Positions 28,954 to 35,292 of a stretch of 57,075 nucleotides of DNA are shown piece after piece (within the stretch, counting starts at the first letter, position 1; the number at the start of each line of letters is the position of its first letter). Location of the stretch: IMG/VR virus record IMGVR_UViG_3300030382_001515, positions 1 to 57,075 of that record. One strand, written 5' to 3'. The notes under the pieces are model-generated. The model searched no databases. It was not told the DNA's origin and was given only the letters and a program-made list of their open reading frames with translations. Made by a program: the position numbers and the translations under genes. The stretch comes from a virus. Lineage: Duplodnaviria > Caudoviricetes.

Positions 28954-29200
28954 AAGAAAAGCACAAGGTATGGCTACTGAAGAAGAACTTCAGAGTCTCC
29001 ACAGGTTGGTAGCTACTAAACTCGTCGATCAACTACATAGAGATGATGTAAAGGCTTCTGACCTAGCAAACGCAATTAAGTTTCTCAAGGATCAAGGCAT
29101 AACCCTCGATAAGAACGGTGATGTCTCTGCAATCACTGAGATGATCTCTAATCTTCCTGAGATCGATATGTCTAAAGTTAAATCTTATATAAGTGCCTAA
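28946..29200 (+). CDS. terS: Terminase small subunit (gp18-like)
   Basis: ATEEEL..LH.LV...L and ASDLANAIKFLKDQGI; directly upstream of terL. Confidence 0.8.
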   Translation: MARRKAQGMATEEELQSLHRLVATKLVDQLHRDDVKASDLANAIKFLKDQGITLDKNGDVSAITEMISNLPEIDMSKVKSYISA

Positions 29201-30941
29201 TGATAATCACAAACAAATTATTAAGGAAGCGCTCAGTAGCTTTCCAGTTTTTGCTACTCATCTCTGGCACTTTCTAAGGCTTCCTAGCCCTACTCCTGTT
29301 CAGTACCAACTTGCAGACTATTTGCAGAACGGTCCTAACAGAAGAATCATCATGGCGTACCGAGGTTGCGGTAAGAGCTTCCTCACAGCAGGCTACGTGC
29401 TCTGGAGACTGCGTAAAAACCCAGACACGAAGGTTTTAGTCATATCAGCCGCACAAGACCGTGCAGACGCTTTTAGCGTGTTCTGCCACGATCTCCTTAG
29501 AAACTGGTTCATGGTCAAGGATCTGTTTCCTAGTGACACTCAGAGGTTCTCTAAGGTTGCTTTTGACGTGTTTGGCGCTAAGCCCGATCAGAGCCCCTCA
29601 GTGCGCTCTAGTGGTATTTTCGGGCAGATCACTGGGTCGAGGGCAGATCTGATCGTAGCGGACGACGTAGAGACCCCTCAGAGCTGTGAGACGCAGCTTA
29701 TACGTGACAAGCTTAGAGAAAGTATTAAAGAGTTTGACTCAGTTATCAAACCAGGTGGAGAGATCGTATTTCTAGGAACTCCCCACACTCAGGACAGTAT
29801 CTACGCCAAGCTTGAACTAGCTGGCTATTCTCCTCGAATCTGGCCTGCCCTATATCCTACTGCGGCTAAACTTAAAAACTATTACGGAGACAGATTAGCT
29901 CCAAAAATATTAAGTGATTTAAAAGAAGATTCTAGTCTGGCTGGGCACCCTACAGACTCTGGAAGATTTGGTTGGGAGGAGCTGGAGGCTCGTCAGGAAT
30001 CAATTGGAAGGTCAACGTTTAACCTCCAGTTCCTTCTTGATATTAGCCTATCTGACGAAGAGAGATATCCTCTCAAACTGATGGATCTATGCGTATTTAG
30101 ACTCAATCGTGAACAAGGTCCAGATAAAGTTATTTGGATGGCTAACGGTGATAAAGCTCTTGATTTACCGTCCGTAGGTCTTCACGGGGATCTCTTTTAC
30201 AAACCCGCCCAAATCGGGTCTGAGTTTATTGAGTACACAGGGGTCGTACTCGCTATAGATCCCTCCGGTAAAGGAAGTGATGAATTGGGATACGCTGTAG
30301 TCGCCTACCTCAACGGTAACCTTTTTCTCCTCGCTTCTGGAGGACTTAGAGGTGGTTACAGCGAGGTCAACCTCAAAAAGCTTACGCTCATTGCCAAAGA
30401 GTACAAAGTCAAAGAAATAATTGTAGAAAGTAACCTCGGACTCGGTATGTTCAGTGAACTTCTTAAGCGTTACCTTGGGACTATATACCCGTGCTCCGTT
30501 GAAGAGGTTAGACATACAAAACAGAAAGAGACAAGGATTATTGATACCCTTGAGCCTGTCATGAACCAACACAGATTGATGGTTGATACGGATGTAATCA
30601 GTAAAGATATCTCTACAACAGAATGCTACCCAGGCGAAACTAGAAGCCAGTATCAACTGTTCTGGCAGCTTACCCGCATAACCAAAGAGAAAAATTCCAT
30701 CAGACACGACGATAGGTTAGATGCTTTAGCTATGGCTGTTCAATATTTTACGGAGAATATGGCTCTCACAGAAACTAAAGCTATAAAAGCTAGGGAACGT
30801 GAACAGTGGGAACTTGAAAGACGGTTCATACAAGGAGAGGGTGGTCTTAACGTTGGGGTCCTTGGATACGCTAGGACCTTAGAGGACCTTCAGAAGGCCG
30901 CTAATGCCTCTACAAGTTACGCTAACTGGCTTGACTCATAA
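29193..30941 (+). CDS. terL: Terminase large subunit (gp19-like)
   Basis: AYRGCGKS Walker A, GSRADLIVADDVE Walker B, IDPSGKGSDE and HDDRLDALA nuclease motifs. Confidence 0.96.
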   Translation: MPNDNHKQIIKEALSSFPVFATHLWHFLRLPSPTPVQYQLADYLQNGPNRRIIMAYRGCGKSFLTAGYVLWRLRKNPDTKVLVISAAQDRADAFSVFCHDLLRNWFMVKDLFPSDTQRFSKVAFDVFGAKPDQSPSVRSSGIFGQITGSRADLIVADDVETPQSCETQLIRDKLRESIKEFDSVIKPGGEIVFLGTPHTQDSIYAKLELAGYSPRIWPALYPTAAKLKNYYGDRLAPKILSDLKEDSSLAGHPTDSGRFGWEELEARQESIGRSTFNLQFLLDISLSDEERYPLKLMDLCVFRLNREQGPDKVIWMANGDKALDLPSVGLHGDLFYKPAQIGSEFIEYTGVVLAIDPSGKGSDELGYAVVAYLNGNLFLLASGGLRGGYSEVNLKKLTLIAKEYKVKEIIVESNLGLGMFSELLKRYLGTIYPCSVEEVRHTKQKETRIIDTLEPVMNQHRLMVDTDVISKDISTTECYPGETRSQYQLFWQLTRITKEKNSIRHDDRLDALAMAVQYFTENMALTETKAIKAREREQWELERRFIQGEGGLNVGVLGYARTLEDLQKAANASTSYANWLDS

Positions 30942-31022
30942 AAGACTTTAAGGGCTATCTGAGGACCTTCTAGGCCCCTTACAGAGATGGTGGGATTCTC
31001 TGGTTTTGTACCACTTTAAAGA

Positions 31023-31116
31023 AGAACCATCCAGTTATAATAGTTATATAACTGTTAAAACAGTTCCTTTAACTGTTTCTTTTACTGTTGTTACTGTTGT
31101 TACTGTCCCTTTACTG
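31023..31116 (+). repeat. Left arm of long imperfect inverted repeat with ACTG array
   Basis: AGAACCATCCA (31023-31033) and TTACTGTTGTTACTGTCCCTTTACTG (31091-31116) are exact reverse complements of 35244-35254 and 35167-35192. Confidence 0.85.
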
Positions 31117-31144
31117 CCCTACTATATACATACAATAGGTAATT

Positions 31145-31360
31145 ATGACTAGGAACTATCGTAAAGAATACGACAACTACCAAGGTAAACCTCAGCAAAG
31201 AGCTAACAGGAGTAGTCGTAATAAAGCTAGAAGAAAGCTGGCTAAGTCCGGTTATGCGTTAAAAGGTAAAGATGTAGATCATAAGGATGGTAATCCTAAA
31301 AACAACAGTAGAAGTAATCTTCAAGTAAGTTCTAAGGGGTATAACAGATCTAAGAAGTAA
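31145..31360 (+). CDS. Small HNH endonuclease-like protein
   Basis: RNYRKEY...DVDHKDGNPKNN..SNL...NR. Confidence 0.8.
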   Translation: MTRNYRKEYDNYQGKPQQRANRSSRNKARRKLAKSGYALKGKDVDHKDGNPKNNSRSNLQVSSKGYNRSKK

Positions 31361-31692
31361 TGGACTTTCCTTGTACTGGCTGCCTTTGTTGCTGCCATAG
31401 TATGGGTTTGATACTTGAAAATATAGATAAACTAGAACCTATGAAACGCTTTATAGCTAGTAAATTTCCTTATGAAGTTGATGAAAATGGTTGCTGTACT
31501 CAACTGAATGAAGATGGTAATTGTAATGTCTATGATCACAGACCAGTGTTATGTAATGTTCGTTTAATGTCTAAGTTTAGTGGTGAGTCAGAGCTTGAGT
31601 ATTTTAAAAAGTCTGCAAAGGCTTGTAATCAGATTATGGATGATTGGGGTGTTGAAGAAGAGTACCGAATTAATCTTGAAGAAAGCTTTTAA
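31360..31692 (+). CDS. YkgJ-like cysteine-cluster (CxxCxxCC) protein
   Basis: FPCTGCLCCC...C..L.EDGNCNVYDHRPVLC. Confidence 0.8.
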   Translation: MDFPCTGCLCCCHSMGLILENIDKLEPMKRFIASKFPYEVDENGCCTQLNEDGNCNVYDHRPVLCNVRLMSKFSGESELEYFKKSAKACNQIMDDWGVEEEYRINLEESF

Positions 31693-31807
31693 GAAGCTTA
31701 TTAAGCTTAATGTGAAAGCTGAGAAGTGTTTAACTAGAGAAAAGGCCCAGAAGCTGCTTAGAAAGGCTGAGAAACAGCACCAAAAGATTTTTACTTCAGA
31801 TTTTTGA
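31676..31807 (+). CDS. Small basic hypothetical protein
   Basis: TTG-started 43-aa part of track ORF 31580-31807 (KKLIKLNVKAEKCLTREKAQKLL). Confidence 0.5.
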   Translation: MKKAFKKLIKLNVKAEKCLTREKAQKLLRKAEKQHQKIFTSDF

Positions 31808-31830
31808 GCACCAGTTAGTAAGGTGACGGC

Positions 31831-31839
31831 TGTGGAAAA
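31831..31839 (-). promoter_or_regulatory. DnaA box (TTTTCCACA)
   Basis: TGTGGAAAA on plus strand; TGTGGAAAAC recurs at 33848. Confidence 0.45.
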
Positions 31840-31867
31840 CCCCCGGTGGGGTATAAATCGCCTCTTA

Positions 31868-31884
31868 TTGAGAGTATTTCTCAA
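31868..31884. promoter_or_regulatory. Fur-like 7-1-7 palindrome
   Basis: tTGAGAGT-A-TTTCTCAa, one mismatch per arm from TGAGAAT-N-ATTCTCA. Confidence 0.4.
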
Positions 31885-32113
31885 AAAGAAGAAAGACTAT
31901 ATATAAATCCTTAAGCTGCCACCAAATTGCTGTGTTTTTATTTTTTTATTTATCCATGACCAAGGCCACAACAAAATAAGAGAATAAATCTTAAGAGTTT
32001 ATATCAATATGTTAAGACAGCTTAAGGACCTACTAGTCATATCAAGGGCTCTAGCAATAATGGGAGAGCTCTAAGCAATTAGAGCACTTGTTCACTCAAT
32101 CACCCTTTCAACT

Positions 32114-32467
32114 ATGACCTTTGATCACATCAATGCTTCAACTGGGAAGCCTTGGTCACGTCAAGAACTCTGGGAGGAGTTAGAGACAGTTAAAGCTGTT
32201 CTAGCTGCTACAGATGATGAGAACGCCTTACTACGTAAGAAGTGCTCAACACTAGCCAAACAACGTGATCACGCTGCTGAAAGTTTCTTAACTGTGAAAC
32301 AGTATCTAACTGATTTCAAACTAAGAGTTAAAGAACACAATAAGCACTTCACTGAGGCAGTCATCGATGTTAAAGCGTTAGGAAGGCAAGCAAGGATAGC
32401 TTCTGAACCAGCACTCGCTAAGTTCTCAAGTTTCTACGCTTCAACCTCCGACAGTTTTAAGAAGTAG
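32114..32467 (+). CDS. Early hypothetical protein
   Basis: 117-aa ORF, first after presumed terminus. Confidence 0.7.
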   Translation: MTFDHINASTGKPWSRQELWEELETVKAVLAATDDENALLRKKCSTLAKQRDHAAESFLTVKQYLTDFKLRVKEHNKHFTEAVIDVKALGRQARIASEPALAKFSSFYASTSDSFKK

Positions 32468-32470
32468 AAG

Positions 32471-32508
32471 CACTCTCTAAGGGCTGAGTAATCAGCCTTT
32501 ACTGAGTG
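32471..32508 (+). promoter_or_regulatory. Intergenic stem-loop (possible RNA processing site)
   Basis: CACTC..AAGGGCTGA-GTAA-TCAGCCTTT..GAGTG with GNRA loop. Confidence 0.5.
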
Positions 32509-32546
32509 ACTCAACATCACTCAACCTTTCACTAACTACTAACAAA

Positions 32547-32807
32547 ATGCTCAAGTATTTTGAACGTTGGTTTCCTGCTTTAACAATCAGGAGAGCAGCT
32601 AGATTCTCTGGACAATTAGAGGATCAAACTGGATATCAAATCCACGTAGTTGATTCAGATGGAACTTTATGTTTCTTCTTGATTGATCCTTATGGTGACC
32701 CTCAAGAGCCTGATCCTTATGCCTTTGATGCTGACTTCTGGGATGACCTAGATGATTGCATCTCTGATCTTTCTTACTTCAACGGTTACGAGGTTAATTA
32801 TGTTTGA
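32547..32807 (+). CDS. Early acidic hypothetical protein
   Basis: 86-aa ORF. Confidence 0.65.
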   Translation: MLKYFERWFPALTIRRAARFSGQLEDQTGYQIHVVDSDGTLCFFLIDPYGDPQEPDPYAFDADFWDDLDDCISDLSYFNGYEVNYV

Positions 32808-32952
32808 TCCTGATTCTCATTTCCTAGCCATTGAACAACAGTACTACCAAGAACTAGATGAACAACATCAGTACGAAGTAGCACTAGATCAGTGGGTTAA
32901 AGGGGAGATTAAAGTCAAACCTGAACAGCCTTTTACTGTGTTCATTCAATGA
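32800..32952 (+). CDS. Early hypothetical protein, 50 aa
   Basis: ATG at 32800 overlapping upstream end (track ORF 32752-32952). Confidence 0.55.
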   Translation: MFDPDSHFLAIEQQYYQELDEQHQYEVALDQWVKGEIKVKPEQPFTVFIQ

Positions 32953-33125
32953 ATAAATCATCTGATCTACTAGCAGGAATAGAAATGATCTATTCACTTG
33001 CTAAAGAAAAGAGTTGGACTTCTGATCAACTTAATTCTCAAGTTCAGTCATTCATTAATGATTGGAAAGATAGAAGATCAAGTGATCTAAGTAAAAGACA
33101 CGGAGGGGATCTTGACGCTATCTAA
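32949..33125 (+). CDS. Early hypothetical protein, 58 aa (MNKSSDLLAGIEMIYSLAKEK...), absent from track
   Basis: ATGA coupling, open frame to TAA at 33123-33125. Confidence 0.6.
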   Translation: MNKSSDLLAGIEMIYSLAKEKSWTSDQLNSQVQSFINDWKDRRSSDLSKRHGGDLDAI

Positions 33126-33456
33126 AGAAACTAAGGCTACTCTCGACGTTATAGTCGAGGGTAAACCTCTTAATTTAAACAATAGCTTTTTTGCTATTGA
33201 GAGGTTGTATCAATGGGCAGACAATGCCGATGAAAGCTGTACTCTTTGGAATCTTTATCTAGATCTAATTGGATACAGTGAAGAGGTCTATGGCTGCTCA
33301 CTCCTTCACCTTGATGTTTACTCTGTCTCCCAAGTTCTTGGATATCAAGAGCTGTGCCACTTAGGTGATGCACTCAAAGTATTCGAGGATGATGGCTATG
33401 AATCAGTGTATAAATACATTGATCACCTAATTAGTACAGGTGAGAATGAAGACTAG
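33112..33456 (+). CDS. Early acidic hypothetical protein (start uncertain)
   Basis: 114-aa ORF, TTG start with GGAGG upstream; hairpin at 33138-33163 inside its 5' end. Confidence 0.6.
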   Translation: MTLSKETKATLDVIVEGKPLNLNNSFFAIERLYQWADNADESCTLWNLYLDLIGYSEEVYGCSLLHLDVYSVSQVLGYQELCHLGDALKVFEDDGYESVYKYIDHLISTGENED

Positions 33457-33529
33457 TTACTACATCCTTGTGATGTTATGGCCAGTTATTATCTCTGTTC
33501 TTATACAACTCTCAGCCTCCTCAAATTGA
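33446..33529 (+). CDS. Possible 27-aa hydrophobic peptide (MKTSYYILVMLWPVIISVLIQLSASSN)
   Basis: Overlaps upstream stop; single-TM-like; ends within terminator. Confidence 0.4.
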   Translation: MKTSYYILVMLWPVIISVLIQLSASSN

Positions 33530-33541
33530 GGGGGCTTTTTA
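33514..33541 (+). terminator. Intrinsic terminator ending the early operon (possibly bidirectional)
   Basis: AGCCTCCTCA-aat-TGAGGGGGCT then T run; between convergent genes. Confidence 0.8.
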
Positions 33542-33545
33542 TTAT

Positions 33546-33695
33546 TTAACTAAGCAATGTTTGTCTTAGTGCTTGAGCTAAATCTCTATAAGAACAAGCA
33601 ACAAATAGCTGTCCTCCTAATACTGTGAGGGTAGCGATTGACCAGAAGATGTAGTAATACCTCTGCTTATGTTGAAGTGGAGGTGTACTAGGCAT
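33546..33695 (-). CDS. 49-aa single-TM protein (MPSTPPLQHKQRYYYIFWSIATLTVLGGQLF...), absent from track
   Basis: Open frame with TM segment; overlaps upstream small ORF; converges on terminator. Confidence 0.7.
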   Translation of the reverse strand: MPSTPPLQHKQRYYYIFWSIATLTVLGGQLFVACSYRDLAQALRQTLLS

Positions 33696-33768
33696 GAGGA
33701 TTATAAAATCTAATGATTAAATAAACTAAGATAATCATTGCTAATAAAACAGCAATAGTATCAATCAT
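33688..33768 (-). CDS. 26-aa membrane peptide (MIDTIAVLLAMIILVYLIIRFYNPHA), absent from track
   Basis: Hydrophobic open frame overlapping next gene's start. Confidence 0.55.
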   Translation of the reverse strand: MIDTIAVLLAMIILVYLIIRFYNPHA

Positions 33769-33779
33769 GATTAATTGTT

Positions 33780-33798
33780 GAGAATGAGAATCAATAGC
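33780..33798. promoter_or_regulatory. Fur-box-like site
   Basis: GAGAATGAGAATCAATAGC matches 15 of 19 positions of GATAATGATAATCATTATC. Confidence 0.5.
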
Positions 33799-33802
33799 AG
33801 AG

Positions 33803-33834
33803 TAGTACAGGTGTACTATAGTACAAACATACTA
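33803..33834. promoter_or_regulatory. Tandem cyanobacterial LexA boxes
   Basis: Perfect palindrome TAGTACA-GG-TGTACTA (33803-33818) abutting TAGTACA-AA-CATACTA (33819-33834); first fits RGTACNNNDGTWCB. Confidence 0.7.
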
Positions 33835-33847
33835 GGTAATAATACCC

Positions 33848-33856
33848 TGTGGAAAA
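33848..33856 (-). promoter_or_regulatory. DnaA box (TTTTCCACA)
   Basis: TGTGGAAAA on plus strand, 14 nt from the LexA boxes. Confidence 0.5.
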
Positions 33857-33988
33857 CTTGAGTACAGCTAGCCTCCCCTCTCAAAGAAGGGCCACGGGAT
33901 GATGGGAGTTGTACTATCACGTCTTCGTGATGATGCTTATGCAAACTCATCTTGATTTAAACTGCTAGTAGGTAGCTTACTGGACAGT

Positions 33989-34369
33989 ATGGCAAGTAAA
34001 GCAGCAAAAGAGAAGTTCTATGGACCACTTAAGCAAGTGGCTAAACAGTACCTACCTATGCTCATGGCACGGCTGAAGGTCCTTGAAGATCGCTCACTCA
34101 ACGCGATGGACTTCTTGGATGCAGAAGCTGATACAGAGCACGAGTTTGTGTGGGAGTTTGATGAGGCTGAAAGGATCTCCTCAGTAGCGGAAGCACAGAC
34201 AGACCTGCACACAGCAGTATTAGAGGCAGGAACGTGTCAGTCTTTGGTCGGGGCATTTATAGACCTATTACAAGAGGATTATCCAAAGATAAGAGATAGC
34301 AGCTGCTTCTTTGTTGGTCCTGATGGTAGACACGTATCACTGTATGAGGGACAGCATCCTAATCAATAA
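33989..34369 (+). CDS. Hypothetical protein
   Basis: 126-aa ORF, divergent from the 33768 operon. Confidence 0.7.
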   Translation: MASKAAKEKFYGPLKQVAKQYLPMLMARLKVLEDRSLNAMDFLDAEADTEHEFVWEFDEAERISSVAEAQTDLHTAVLEAGTCQSLVGAFIDLLQEDYPKIRDSSCFFVGPDGRHVSLYEGQHPNQ

Positions 34370-34517
34370 CTTGTTTCTTATACATTGTGTCAAGACCATC
34401 TAGAAAGCCTTCCCAATAGTCTTTATCTCTGTCTCCTATAGCGTCTTTGTATTGCTGTTTGGCGTACTCATAGGTCTCAGTGAGGTACTCAATGTCAAAC
34501 GTCACGTACTCTTTCAT
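34359..34517 (-). CDS. Hypothetical protein, 52 aa (MKEYVTFDIEYL...)
   Basis: ATG at 34517 with AGGA upstream; longer track start overlaps the riboswitch unit. Confidence 0.6.
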   Translation of the reverse strand: MKEYVTFDIEYLTETYEYAKQQYKDAIGDRDKDYWEGFLDGLDTMYKKQVID

Positions 34518-34524
34518 CAGTCCT

Positions 34525-34559
34525 AAAAAGTATAAAGGCTCCTGGTTAAAGGAGCCCTT
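34525..34559 (-). terminator. Terminator after riboswitch-controlled peptide
   Basis: Minus strand AAGGGCTCCT-ttaacc-AGGAGCCTTT-atacTTTTT. Confidence 0.65.
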
Positions 34560-34564
34560 ATATC

Positions 34565-34615
34565 TTAATGTGCCTTCCTGTAATAGACGACACCACGGTA
34601 GACGAGTTTGGTCAT
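34565..34615 (-). CDS. Downstream peptide, DUF4278-like, 16 aa (MTKLVYRGVVYYRKAH)
   Basis: LxYRGVxY motif, AGAGGA RBS, directly 3' of the riboswitch motif. Confidence 0.85.
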   Translation of the reverse strand: MTKLVYRGVVYYRKAH

Positions 34616-34632
34616 GGGTTGATCCTCTTAAC

Positions 34633-34685
34633 ACCTATTCCCCGTTCCTTGAATAGGTTGCCTGCGTCCCTTTATGGGATGAACG
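34633..34685 (-). ncRNA. Downstream-peptide RNA motif (glutamine-II riboswitch)
   Basis: Minus strand CGTTCATCCC-ataaa-GGGACGCAGGCA-ACCTATTC-AA-GGAACG-GG-GAATAGGT: P1 CGTTC/GAACG, P2 TCCC/GGGA, pseudoknot ACCTATTC/GAATAGGT. Confidence 0.88.
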
Positions 34686-34726
34686 TAAGCTAGAGGTTAT
34701 CAGATCTGGTAGCCGTTGCTACTAAC

Positions 34727-34735
34727 AGTATACCA
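34727..34735 (-). promoter_or_regulatory. Extended -10 promoter (TGgTATACT) for the riboswitch unit
   Basis: Sigma70-type TGn plus TATACT about 40 nt upstream of the aptamer. Confidence 0.5.
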
Positions 34736-34750
34736 CTCTGTAATGTGTCA

Positions 34751-35122
34751 CTAGAATTTATACTTAGCCCCGACTTTAGAACCCCAAGTATTATCAGTGT
34801 CATCAACAGTGACCATTGATAACTCACCATAGACATCAAGCTTCTCGGTAGCAGCTACGCTAAGGCCAGCCTTACCACTGAACTGAGTATCGTTGTCAGA
34901 AGTACCGTCAGTACTAATAACTGCTGGTCCTCCTTGAATGTAGTATCCGAGGTTGTCCTTTCCCAGATCCCCTTCGTATCCAAGATGGATATCTGTTGTG
35001 GAGCCTGTAAAATTAGAGCCTGTGTTTGAGCCATTGTATTCAACGTTTGTATAGAAATCACCAGCAAGGGCAGGAGCTGAGCCTACACCTAGCAGGGCAG
35101 CTAGAGCTATTGCGAACTTCAT
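34751..35122 (-). CDS. Small outer-membrane beta-barrel (porin-like) protein
   Basis: Signal peptide ...APALA, amphipathic beta strands, C-terminal GAKYKF beta-signal. Confidence 0.75.
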   Translation of the reverse strand: MKFAIALAALLGVGSAPALAGDFYTNVEYNGSNTGSNFTGSTTDIHLGYEGDLGKDNLGYYIQGGPAVISTDGTSDNDTQFSGKAGLSVAATEKLDVYGELSMVTVDDTDNTWGSKVGAKYKF

Positions 35123-35166
35123 TAGTAATAAATGTTACGACCTTTGTAGCTTAACAGTTAATAGAT

Positions 35167-35254
35167 CAGTAAAGGGACAGTAACAACAGTAAAGAAAACA
35201 GTAAAAGGACAGTTATTAAACTGTCTACCTTAAGGTATACAATTGGATGGTTCT
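35167..35254 (-). repeat. Right arm of long imperfect inverted repeat with CAGT array
   Basis: Reverse complement of 31023-31116 elements; CAGT at 35155, 35167, 35178, 35187, 35199, 35210. Confidence 0.85.
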
Positions 35255-35292
35255 CTGTCTAACTGTATTAGTCCTTTCAACTATCACGCCTT

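Larger units (their letters stand above)
31808..32113. other. Probable physical genome end region
   Basis: Longest non-coding gap, between post-terminase genes and small early genes, where T7-like termini lie; AT-rich. Confidence 0.5.

Noticed and set aside
31050-31120. CRISPR-like array
   Set aside because: Units are only 9-12 nt with no unique spacers and no cas genes; treated as an iteron-like array.
31985-32030. Pho-box-like TTAAG repeats
   Set aside because: Spacing is 10 nt or irregular rather than the 11-nt period, in AT-rich DNA.
33730-33745. Additional Fur-like GATAATCATTG
   Set aside because: Lies inside the 26-aa ORF and matches only partly.
34518-34634. 91-aa version of ORF 34359-34634
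   Set aside because: The extension runs through the riboswitch, peptide gene and terminator; ATG at 34517 is the likelier start.
33960-34760. NtcA sites near the riboswitch and divergent promoter
   Set aside because: Candidates seen have GTA-N7-TAC or GTG-N6-TAC spacing, not GTA-N8-TAC.
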